DNA of 64,000 nucleotides from Bacteroidetes bacterium GWF2_43_63 (GTDB lineage Bacteria > Bacteroidota > Bacteroidia > Bacteroidales > DTU049): positions 8,659-72,658 of the forward strand of contig MEOQ01000015.1 of assembly GCA_001769275.1 (NCBI GenBank), written 5' to 3'. Below are positions 44,457 to 54,600 of this stretch, in pieces (the stretch's first letter is position 1; the number at the start of each line of letters is the position of its first letter). The position numbers and the translations under genes were made by a program. The notes under the pieces are model-generated. The model ran no database searches and was not told the DNA's origin. It saw only the letters and a program-made list of their open reading frames with translations.

Positions 44457-46406
44457 ATGGGGTACATACAGTTCGATAAAAAGCAACTAATCAACCTTGA
44501 GTACGTTCTGAACAAGGAGATTCTGCGCACCAACAGGGCCGGGGCTTATGCATCGACAACTATAATTGGATGCAACACAAGGAAATATCATGGATTGTTG
44601 GTATGTCCTCAACCGGCCATTGACAACGAATTGCACGTTTTGCTTTCCTGCATCGATGAAAGTATTATTCAACACGACAGCGAATTCAACCTTTCACTGC
44701 ACCGCTATCCAGGCTCGTGGTCGCCCAAAGGGCATAAGTATCTGGTGGATTTTGATTCGGAACCCACTGTCGCCCTTTTCTATCAGGTAGGCGGCGTTTT
44801 GATGAAAAAAGAAATGCTTTTCGGGGTCGATGATCGCATTCTGATTCGATATACACTGCTCGAAGCACATAGCCCGACCAAATTACGGCTGCGGCCATTT
44901 ATGGCTTATCGCCAACGTCACAACCTGAGTAAGGCCAATGAATTTGTCGACCGCAAATATTCCGTCATCAACGGCGGTATTAAAACCCGCATGTATAAAG
45001 GTTATAGCTATCTGCATTATCAGTTTTCACGCGATGCCGGCTATGTCCATGTTCCTGACTGGTATTTTAATTTCGAGTATCCCAAAGATCTCGATCGGGG
45101 TTACGATGGTCATGAAGACCTCTTTACGCCTGGATATTTCGAAGTCGATATGGTCAAGGGAACTCCATTGATCATTTCAGTAGGCACCTCGGAAATGGAT
45201 CCTAAAAATCTCACAAGGACTTTTACACGGGAACTGAACAAACGCACGCCGCGCAGCAGCTATTGGAATTGTTTGAATAATTCAGCCAACCAGTTTATTG
45301 TTACCCGCGAGAAAAAGACAGAGATTGTGGCCGGCTATCCGTGGTTTGGGCGCTGGGGGCGCGATACATTAATCTCGCTTCCGGGACTCACACTCACCCG
45401 CGACATGGATCTGACTTTTAAATCGGCCATTGATTCGCTGATAATGGATATGAATGGGCCATTGCTGCCCAATGTTGGTACCGGCAAAGAAGCTGCTTTC
45501 AATTCCATCGATGCGCCGCTGTGGCTCTTTTGGGCTATGCAGCAATATGTACTGATGGCTGCCGCCAGCGAAAAAAATGTGTGGGAAGATTATGGTCCTA
45601 CCATGAAAATCGTTCTCAACGGGCTCCGCAACGGGAAAGTGAATGGCATTTACATGAAGCCAAACGGACTGCTCTATGCTTTGATTCCTGGAAAAGCTCT
45701 CACATGGATGGATGCCATAGTCGACGGAAAGCCGGTTACACAACGTGGCGGGCTAGCCGTTGAAATCAATGCTCTATGGTACAATGCCATTATGTTTGCA
45801 TTGCAAATGGCCGAAAAATGTGGTGATGAAAGCTTTGTTCTCAATTGGAAAGCCATTGCCGAAAAAATTCCAGTTTCGTTTAAAGATACTTTCTGGTCGA
45901 AAGACAAAGGTTATCTGGCCGATTATGTAGATGGTGATTTCAAGGATTGGAGCGTTCGTCCGAATATGGTTTTTGCTACATCACTTCCTTACAGTCCTGT
46001 CAGTGAAAAAATCAGACAGCTGGTGTTGGATAAAATTCGCCAGGAACTGCTCACCCCACGCGGATTGCGCACTTTGAGTCCAATCGATACAAAATATAAG
46101 GGTAACTACGAAGGCGCCATCAGAGACCGCGATCTGGCTTATCATCAAGGCACAGTGTGGCCCTGGCTGCTCAGTCATTATGTTGAGGGATTTCTGAAAA
46201 TATATGGAAATGAAGGCGTGGAGCAGGTGAGACCATTGTACGATAATTTCGAGACAACGCTTTTCGAACATGGCATTGGTACTATCAGCGAGGTTTATAG
46301 CGGAGATCCGCCGCATCGTCCGGGTGGCGCCATTTCTCAGGCCTGGAGCGTGTCGGAGATCATGCGGATTAAATGGATGATTGACAAATACACAGGCGAA
46401 TCATGA
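44457..46406 (+). CDS. Glycogen debranching enzyme family protein (GDE N-terminal domain plus amylo-alpha-1,6-glucosidase domain)
   Basis: CNTRKYHGLL near the N-terminus, GYPWFGRWGRDT, and HQGTVWPWL, typical of the GDE_C family. Confidence 0.8.
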   Translation: MGYIQFDKKQLINLEYVLNKEILRTNRAGAYASTTIIGCNTRKYHGLLVCPQPAIDNELHVLLSCIDESIIQHDSEFNLSLHRYPGSWSPKGHKYLVDFDSEPTVALFYQVGGVLMKKEMLFGVDDRILIRYTLLEAHSPTKLRLRPFMAYRQRHNLSKANEFVDRKYSVINGGIKTRMYKGYSYLHYQFSRDAGYVHVPDWYFNFEYPKDLDRGYDGHEDLFTPGYFEVDMVKGTPLIISVGTSEMDPKNLTRTFTRELNKRTPRSSYWNCLNNSANQFIVTREKKTEIVAGYPWFGRWGRDTLISLPGLTLTRDMDLTFKSAIDSLIMDMNGPLLPNVGTGKEAAFNSIDAPLWLFWAMQQYVLMAAASEKNVWEDYGPTMKIVLNGLRNGKVNGIYMKPNGLLYALIPGKALTWMDAIVDGKPVTQRGGLAVEINALWYNAIMFALQMAEKCGDESFVLNWKAIAEKIPVSFKDTFWSKDKGYLADYVDGDFKDWSVRPNMVFATSLPYSPVSEKIRQLVLDKIRQELLTPRGLRTLSPIDTKYKGNYEGAIRDRDLAYHQGTVWPWLLSHYVEGFLKIYGNEGVEQVRPLYDNFETTLFEHGIGTISEVYSGDPPHRPGGAISQAWSVSEIMRIKWMIDKYTGES

Positions 46407-47680
46407 AAGTTCTGATGTTTGGGTGGGAGTTTCCTCCGCATATCACCGGAGGTCTGGGTACAGCTTGTTTAGGGCTGACGCGGTCACTCGCGCGTATGCA
46501 CACCGATGTACTCTTTGTGGTGCCCCGTGCTTTTGGTGATGAGGATACCAGCATGGTGAATCTTGTGAATGCATCGGATGTTGAAGTGGATCTGGAAAAA
46601 TCGGAGTACAGCGAATTCTGGAAACGCATTCAGTATATGTCGGTGGCTTCTGATATTATTCCTTATGTCGGGCCGGTTGAATATTCCAAAACTCATATCA
46701 AAAATCTCAAAAAAGAATTTCACAGCAATAGTATTTTTTCGCACCGTTACACCTTCAGTGGTTCCTACGGCAATGATCTGATGTTCGAAGTATCGCGCTA
46801 TGCCTTGATTGCGAGCGGTATTGCGGCTAAGAATAATTTCGACATCATACATGCACACGACTGGCTCACATATCCGGCCGGCATTGCAGCCAAGCAGGTG
46901 AGCGGGAAACCACTTGTGATCCATGTTCATGCTACCGAATTCGATCGTTCGGGCGAGCATGTCAACCAGCGGGTGTTTGAAATTGAACGTGAAGGAATGA
47001 TGCAGGCCGACCGTGTAATCACGGTTTCGAACCTGACGCGAAATATTGTGATTGAACGCTACGGCATCAATCCGGACAAGGTGTTTACAGTGTACAATGG
47101 TGCCGATGCTTTTCAGGCGCCCGCAATTGAACATATCGACAAACCGTTTCCTGAAAAAGTGGTAACTTTTTTGGGCCGCATTACTTTTCAGAAAGGTCCC
47201 GATTACTTTGTCGAAGCGGCCAAAAAAGTTCTTGAGAAAGATGAAAACGTGCGTTTCGTTATGGCAGGCTCAGGCGATATGTTGCCGCGTATTGTGCGTA
47301 TGGTATCAAAACATAGAATGGGACACAAATTTCATTTTACGGGATTTCTGAAAGGCAACGATGTGGACAAAATGTTTTCGTACAGCGATGTGTATGTGAT
47401 GCCCAGTGTTTCTGAGCCCTTTGGCATTTCGCCGCTCGAAGCCATGCGCAGCAGTGTGCCGGTGGTTATTTCGCGGCAGTCGGGTGTTGCAGAGGTTTTG
47501 CGTCATGCGCTGAAAGTCGATTTCTGGGATGTCGATGCTATGGCCGACAGCATTTATGGTTTATTGAATTATCCCGCATTGTCGCGTATGTTCTCGCGTT
47601 TCGGCCGCAACGAAGTCGAAGATCTGAAATGGGACAATGCAGCTGCATCTGTTCTGAGTATTTATCAGCAATTAGTATAG
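46403..47680 (+). CDS. Glycosyltransferase family 4 (glycogen-cluster associated)
   Basis: MKVLMFGWEFPPHITGGLG, IIHAHDW, and the C-terminal E-x7-E-like VMPSVSEPFGISPLEAM. There is an ATGA overlap with the upstream gene. Confidence 0.8.
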   Translation: MKVLMFGWEFPPHITGGLGTACLGLTRSLARMHTDVLFVVPRAFGDEDTSMVNLVNASDVEVDLEKSEYSEFWKRIQYMSVASDIIPYVGPVEYSKTHIKNLKKEFHSNSIFSHRYTFSGSYGNDLMFEVSRYALIASGIAAKNNFDIIHAHDWLTYPAGIAAKQVSGKPLVIHVHATEFDRSGEHVNQRVFEIEREGMMQADRVITVSNLTRNIVIERYGINPDKVFTVYNGADAFQAPAIEHIDKPFPEKVVTFLGRITFQKGPDYFVEAAKKVLEKDENVRFVMAGSGDMLPRIVRMVSKHRMGHKFHFTGFLKGNDVDKMFSYSDVYVMPSVSEPFGISPLEAMRSSVPVVISRQSGVAEVLRHALKVDFWDVDAMADSIYGLLNYPALSRMFSRFGRNEVEDLKWDNAAASVLSIYQQLV

Positions 47681-47690
47681 GAGGCGTTTT

Positions 47691-49187
47691 ATGAGGTCAA
47701 TCTGTTTTTATTTTCAGGTGCATCAGCCGTTCAGACTGCGGACCTACCGCTTTTTTGAGATCGGAAACAATCATCATTATTTCGATGATTATCAGAATCG
47801 CTATATCATGCGTCGTGTAGCTGATAAATGCTATCTGCCCATGAATAAACTGCTTCTGGATCTTATTAAAGAGTTCGGCCATCAGTTTAAAGTGTCGTTC
47901 TCGATTTCGGGAGTGGCTCTTGAGCAGTTTAAAAAATATACACCCGAAGTAATTGACAGTTACAGGGCCCTGGCCGAAACTGGCTGTGTTGAATTTATTG
48001 CAGAGACATACGGTCACTCGCTGGCTGCTTTACGCAGTGAGCCGGAATTTCGTGCGCAGGTGAAACGTCAGCAACAATTGCTCAACGATTTGATTGGATA
48101 TCAGAGCACGGCTTTTCGAAATACTGAGCTTATCTATTCAAACGAAATAGGCGACATGGTTTATCGCATGGGCTTCGATGTGATGCTCACTGAAGGAGCC
48201 AAGCATGTGCTGGGCTGGAAAAGTCCGAATTACATGTACTGCAACGCTCAGAATCCACGCCTGAAATTGTTGCTGAAAAATTTTCGTCTGAGCGACGATA
48301 TTGCATTTCGTTTTTCGCAGCAAAGCTGGGAAGGATGGCCGTTGACAGCCGATAAATTTGTTGATTGGCTCAATGAGGTCGATCAACGCGAAGAGGTGGT
48401 GAACCTTTTCATGGATTATGAGACTTTTGGCGAGCATCAGTGGCCGGAAACCGGCATTTTTGAATTCATGAAAGCGCTGCCGGGCCAGGTGTTTGCCAAA
48501 TCCAATTTCACGTTCAATACACCTACGGAGCTTGGACAGATGATGCAGCCCGTTGCGCCGGTACATGTGCCTTTTCCGATTTCGTGGGCCGACGAAGAAC
48601 GCGACCTCACTGCCTGGCTGGGCAACGATTTGCAGGACGACGCTTTTGATACATTGTACAGTCTCACCGAAAAAATGGAATACGTCATCAATTATTCACG
48701 GAGCATGGAAAACATGGCGGCTGAAAGCGGCACAGCCATGAAAGTGAGTGTTGATGAGCTTAAGAAGCTACATGATGATTGGGTGAAACTGCAGACCAGC
48801 GACCATTTTTATTACATGTGCACCAAATGGTTTGCCGATGGTGATGTGCATAAATATTTCAATCCATATGGTACGCCCTACGATGCATATATAAATTTCA
48901 TGAACGTGTTGAGCGATTTCATGCTGCGTCTCAGTCAGCATTCGTTTCTGAATAGCACGCCGGAATTGGCTCCTGTAGCGGAACAACCGAAGGTGGAAAC
49001 AAAAAAAGTAGTGAAGCTCACGGTCGGTAAAAAGGCAACAGCAAAAAAATCCACTGCCAAAAAAGCTCCTGAAAAAAAGGCTGCAACAAAGAAAGCTGCA
49101 GAGAAGAAAACAACAAAAGCAAAAGTTGCGACCACGAAAATCACAGTGAAGAAAACTGCTGCTAAGAAAAAGCCGGATACTGAATAA
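47691..49187 (+). CDS. Glycoside hydrolase family 57 (alpha-amylase-like) with a Lys/Ala-rich C-terminal tail
   Basis: The N-terminus ICFYFQVHQPFRLR and MDYETFGEH are typical of GH57. The last ~65 aa are KK/A/T-rich. Confidence 0.8.
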   Translation: MRSICFYFQVHQPFRLRTYRFFEIGNNHHYFDDYQNRYIMRRVADKCYLPMNKLLLDLIKEFGHQFKVSFSISGVALEQFKKYTPEVIDSYRALAETGCVEFIAETYGHSLAALRSEPEFRAQVKRQQQLLNDLIGYQSTAFRNTELIYSNEIGDMVYRMGFDVMLTEGAKHVLGWKSPNYMYCNAQNPRLKLLLKNFRLSDDIAFRFSQQSWEGWPLTADKFVDWLNEVDQREEVVNLFMDYETFGEHQWPETGIFEFMKALPGQVFAKSNFTFNTPTELGQMMQPVAPVHVPFPISWADEERDLTAWLGNDLQDDAFDTLYSLTEKMEYVINYSRSMENMAAESGTAMKVSVDELKKLHDDWVKLQTSDHFYYMCTKWFADGDVHKYFNPYGTPYDAYINFMNVLSDFMLRLSQHSFLNSTPELAPVAEQPKVETKKVVKLTVGKKATAKKSTAKKAPEKKAATKKAAEKKTTKAKVATTKITVKKTAAKKKPDTE

Positions 49188-49198
49188 CATTTTTAGAA

Positions 49199-49917
49199 AT
49201 GAAGTTGTGCGTAATTTCAGTGGTTCTGTTTCTGCTGGCAATGGCTGCAGTGGCGCAGGACAAAAGTCCGAATAACATTAATAAGCGACTGCCGATGAAA
49301 GAAACGCCTGACTCGTTAACGCCCGGCGCACGCCATTTTATCGGATGGAATTTTAGCCGGATATTTAGCACTATGTGGGCTTTTTCTTTTGAATATACAA
49401 CCGATCGTTGTAACTCCCTAAACCTTGAACTGGCCTATAAACCCGCACTTGAAAATATTCACATGTCGTCGCGATATTCATATTTCCCGAGAAATGTGTC
49501 GCGAAATGCTTCAGAGATCTGGTCTGGAAAATTATCGTTCCGGCAATACACCAGAGCAGGACAGAACTCATTTATTTTGGGCCTTATTTCAGATTCGATT
49601 ATCTCGAAGCAAACAATGCCATCATCAAAGATGTCTACGGAAGCGACACGTACGATCTGACCAGAAGTACCCGCTTGTTTAAAGCTGGTTTTTCGCTGGG
49701 CAGCCGAAATATTTTTGATGGGTTTTCGTTTTTCTGGGGTGTTAGTGTTGGCGCTGGTATATACGATGATTCTCATACCATTATTCAACTTCACCCAATT
49801 TATTACGAAGAACACACGATAGATTATCCCTATGGTCAGGGTTATCCTGTTCCCGACTTTACGATTGACATGGGATTTGCTTTTGGATTCCGAAAGCCAG
49901 CAATGTTTGGAAAGTAG
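49199..49917 (+). pseudogene. Secreted hypothetical protein split over two overlapping frames (apparent 1-nt frameshift near 49571-49578)
   Basis: ORF 49199..49660 has a signal peptide (MKLCVISVVLFLLAMAAVAQ). The frame of ORF 49675..49917 is open back to 49453. It reads sensibly from ~49570 (IYFGPYFRFDYLEANNAIIKDVYGSDTY...), whereas the first frame degenerates after ...RAGQNSF. Confidence 0.55.
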
Positions 49918-50257
49918 TCGGCAATCCCATAATCAGGGCCTGCTGAAAAACACTGCTCCGAAGAAAAAATAGAAGCCGGAACCGAAGGCGTAGGGTCGCC
50001 ATTATGAATTTTTCATCTATTGTGTTCAATACTGACCTGCGCAGCATTGAAAACTAAACATGTGCTATAAACTCAAAAAATCAACAAAGACCTCAATGAA
50101 GTTCCCGGGCTCCGCCCCGGGATCTCATGCTATACTACAGACTTTTTTTGTTGATTTTCGCTGCCGACGCTTCGACGGAGTTTAACCCGCTGTCAATCCT
50201 TCGACTCCGCTGCTAATGACACACTCGTATAAACCTCTAAAAATCAAACAGAAGGTT

Positions 50258-50388
50258 AAAACCGATATTCCATCGTTCGGAGAGAAACGTAGAATATGGA
50301 ATCGTCGGTTTTGCGGCAAACATAACGATTCCATATCCTCTGCCTCCTTCGTCGCCATCGGACGATGGAATATTATGTTTGCCCCATT
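50258..50388. repeat. 131-bp hairpin-rich repeat, copy b (inverted relative to 38641-38771)
   Basis: See copy a. Weaker flanking similarity extends to ~50210 (ctgctaatgaca...). Confidence 0.9.
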
Positions 50389-50576
50389 GCTGGTGGTCTC
50401 AGGATGACAGCGGCGGGGACTCAGCGTGACAAAAGCAAGCCTTAGTGTGCCAGCAGCACTCACTTGATTTCTAATTCTTGATAAGAAGTGTGCAATACCG
50501 GTGGTCTCCGGCAACATTATCAGAAACAAAAAAGGGCCTGATTCATCAATCAAGCCCTTTTTAAAGATTGAAAATA

Positions 50577-51221
50577 TTATTGAATGTGATAACTGATCAA
50601 ATTATACTCTAATCGGGAGAGATTAGACAAATACAGTCTGGTCTTTTTCACCAATCCAATATTTTCACAATAATGATTATGAAACAGATATGGTACCGAG
50701 TAATTGTCCTCTTTTCTGTACAACGCACCCTGATAATCCAGACAATCAAAGGTACCGGCAGGCACTGTGATTGCTGCTGACTGAGCGACCCGCGAGTAAT
50801 CAATATAGCATAATGTATCATTATTGTATATGTAGTAATCAGTGAATGAAAATCCAGGAGTCAGTCTGAAAATAATTTTCCCGCTTTTGTTCACAATACA
50901 GTCAGAGGAATCTCGGTAATGAGTTGTATCAGGTGTCGAAAAACCAACGAAATTGTGTTCAACGATACGGTTATACGTGAAGTTGTTTATTGTAGTGTCA
51001 CTGATGACTTCTATAGTATCGTTTCCCCAGCTTTGATTGAGGACATTTCCTGAACTGTCATAATAGTTTTGTTCATACACCCAGTAGTTGCCTGGGGTCA
51101 GAGGCAGGTAATCCATTACCGAAGTCTGTTGTGTTTCAGGAATTTCTGTTGGTTCATCTTTTTTGCACGATGCAAAGGCCATCAGCCCTGCGATGACGAT
51201 AATCATTGTTCTTTTTTTCAT
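50577..51221 (-). CDS. Hypothetical lipoprotein
   Basis: The N-terminus MKKRTMIIVIAGLMAFASCKKDE has a lipobox-like ASC. Confidence 0.6.
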   Translation of the reverse strand: MKKRTMIIVIAGLMAFASCKKDEPTEIPETQQTSVMDYLPLTPGNYWVYEQNYYDSSGNVLNQSWGNDTIEVISDTTINNFTYNRIVEHNFVGFSTPDTTHYRDSSDCIVNKSGKIIFRLTPGFSFTDYYIYNNDTLCYIDYSRVAQSAAITVPAGTFDCLDYQGALYRKEDNYSVPYLFHNHYCENIGLVKKTRLYLSNLSRLEYNLISYHIQ

Positions 51222-51629
51222 TTATTTGGTTTTTGGTTTATGAAAAAAAGTAGATCTATTGCATAGAAATGATTTAATGTTGCATTAACGGGATTGTCAA
51301 AAATAAATTGCAATAAATTATCAAAACAAGTTTCGATATTCCGGAATGAAGGTACAAACAGCAATTGCTGCCAGCCCGTCAATTCAGTTCGCGTAATTGC
51401 CGCATTCAGTTTTTCAACGCTTTCGTGGGCATAGCCGTAGAGCATATTGGTGTTTTTATGTGTTACTGTTTTTTGTATTGAATCTTAATGAGACGTTTCC
51501 ATCAGTTCTTCAAAATGTGAAATTATTTCAAGTTTTCAACCAATTGCACCTATTTATCCACATTTAACGTCGCGGTCTCTGACAGATTAGTATTTTTGTG
51601 AATGTGGGGTAAAACGGCCACACGAGCAT

Positions 51630-54600
51630 TTGTATTTTTTCAAAAAAAACTGGCACATGAATATGCAGCAGATGGAAAAACCAGACTTTCTTTTTGAAGT
51701 AAGCTGGGAAGTATGTAATAAAGTTGGCGGTATCAACACCGTGATTGCCACCAAAGCGCTTCGCATCAGCGAACGCATCGAATCGGGCTATATCCTGATT
51801 GGTCCCGACATTCATTCAGGCCAGCTGCCTGCCGATGTCTTTACCGAAGACAACAGCATTCACCCGCAATGGGTAAGCAAAGCCCGCATGGATGGATTAC
51901 ATTTCCGCATCGGACGCTGGCATGTGCCTGGTAATCCCATTGCAATCCTGCTCGACTTCTCTGGTTTGTATTCTAAAAAAGATATTGTTTTCAAAGAACT
52001 TTGGGAAAAATACAAACTCGATTCGCTCTATGGCGGCTGGGATTATGTGGAACCAACCCTTTTCGGATACGAGGCCGGACGCCTGATTGAGCATTTTTAT
52101 AATTACAATGTTACGTCCGAAGACCGCATTGCCGCTCATTTTCATGAATGGATGACCGGTGCCGGCATTCTGTATCTCAAAGACCGTGTGCCGCAGGCAG
52201 GACGTGTATTTACAACTCATGCTACGGTGATGGGTCGTTCGGTGGCTGGTATGAATCTGCCGCTGTACAGCAAAATGGAAGAGTTCAATCCTGAAGGAAT
52301 GGCGCGCGAACTCAATGTGCTTTCGAAATTCAGTCTCGAAAAACTCAGTGCACAGCATGCCGATGTGTTTACCACTGTTTCTGATATTACAGGAAAAGAA
52401 TGCACGCATTTTCTTTCTAAAAAACCCGATCTCATTACACCGAATGGTTTCGAAGATACCATTGTTCCTCACGAAGAGGAGTTCAACAAACGTCGCGCTG
52501 CCTCGCGTAAACTGCTGAAAAGTCTTGTAAGAAGTGTCATTGGAAAAGACGTTGCCGACAATACGTTATACGTCATTAACTCTGGTCGTTACGAATTCCG
52601 CAACAAAGGAATCGATTTGTTCATTGAAGCGTTGGCCGATTTAAAACTTCAACATAAAACTGAGCGCGACGTGGTCGCCATTATTGCCGTTCCTGCGAAC
52701 AATGCAGGTGTTCGTCAGGATGTAAAGCAATGCATGGCTGATGATGAAATTACTACAACGCCTGGCAATCTTACGCATTATTTATTCAACGAAGACAACG
52801 ACGCGATAATGCATGCTATTCGCAAAAATGGCTTGCAGTGCGACGATGAAAGCAATGTGAATGTGATTTTTATTCCAAGTTATCTGGATGGAAATGATGG
52901 ATTACTAAATTTCAATTATTACGATTTTCTCATTGGATGCGATCTTTCTGTATTCCCTTCCTATTATGAACCATGGGGTTACACGCCACTTGAGGCAGTG
53001 GCCTTTCATATTCCGACCATTACCACAACATTAGCTGGTTTTGGTGTATGGATGCAGGATGCAGGCAAAGTGAACGGTGGCGTAAAAGTGATTGAGCGCG
53101 ATGATTACAATGCCGATTTTGTGGTGAGCGAAATCTCGCGCTACATACTTGAATGGGCCGGTTGCTCACGCGAAGAATTTCAGCATCATCGCGAAAGTGC
53201 GTTGCATGCTTCGCAGGAAGCGTTGTGGGAAAATCTATCAAAGCATTATTTTGATGCTTATAATCGGACAATTCTGCAATCGGTGAAGCGTCAGCCTCAG
53301 TTTAGTAAAAAATCACTGCCGCAGGAGCATGTGCTCGAAAAAGCTGGTGTGGCTGAGCCAAACTGGCGCAAGATATATGTTAAACCAGAATTGCCTGAGC
53401 GCTTGAGCAAACTGATGCGTCTGAGCAAAAATATCTGGTGGACATGGAGCCATTCAGCCATTCGATTGTTCGAATCCATCAGTCCGCAGCTGTGGGAACG
53501 CAGCGGCTATAATCCGATTGCGATGCTCGAGCTCATGTCGCTTAAAGAAATAAATGAACTGGCAACCAATCCGGAATTCCTATTCCGACTCGATCTGGTA
53601 TTCCGCGAATTCGAAGAATACATGGATCAGCCGCTCGACGACGAACGTCCGTCGGTAGCGTATTTCTGCATGGAATATGGTTTTCACGCATCGTTGAAAT
53701 TATACTCAGGCGGTCTGGGTGTGCTCGCCGGCGATTATCTGAAACAAGCGTCTGATAGCGGCATTCGCATGTCGGCTGTTGGACTGCTTTTCCGTCATGG
53801 ATATTTCAATCAGACTTTTTCGGCAGGCGGCGAACAGATTTCGGAATTCATTCCGCAGAAATTCAGCAACCTCCCAATGATTCCTGTGCGCGATGTGAAA
53901 GGCGAGTGGGTGAAAATTGGAGTCAGCTTTCCAGGTCGCCAGGTGGTGGCTAAAGTATGGGAAGTGCATGTAGGGCGGATTCGATTATTTTTACTTGATA
54001 CCGACATTGAAGACAACAACGAACAGGATCGTCAGATCACGCACAAACTCTACGGGGGAGATTGGGAAAACCGCTTGAAGCAGGAAATTCTGCTGGGCAT
54101 TGGTGGTGTGAAAATGCTTGAATATCTTGATTTAAATTTCGATGTATATCATTGCAACGAAGGCCACGCGGCTTTTTCAATCCTGGAGCGGCTCAAAGAT
54201 TATGTTCAAAACAATGTAATGTCGTTTCAACAAGCGTTGGAAATAGTCAGAGCGCAAACACTGTTCACGACACATACGCCGGTTCCCGCCGGGCATGACG
54301 CTTTCAGCGAAGATATGATGCGTATGTATTTTTCTCATTTCCCCGAGAAAATAAATTTAACCTGGAATGAATTTATTGCACTTGGAAAGAGTAATCCAGA
54401 AAATGCCGATGAAAAATACAGCATGAGCATTCTGGCTATGAGCGGATCGCAGAATGTGAATGGCGTAAGCCGCATTCATGGCCGCGTTACACGCGAGATG
54501 TTCACTGATTTGTATCAGGGATTTTTTTCCGAAGAATTGTACATTGATTATGTTACCAATGGGGTGCATTTGCCCACCTGGTGTAGTCAGGAAATGCAAA

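Noticed and set aside
48768-49241. A 157-aa antisense ORF (and 48935-49144) with a Phe/Cys/Leu-rich sequence opposite the GH57 tail.
   Set aside because: It is the antisense translation of the AAA/AAG-rich Lys/Ala tail coding region. The sense-strand GH57 ORF is continuous with recognisable N-terminal motifs.
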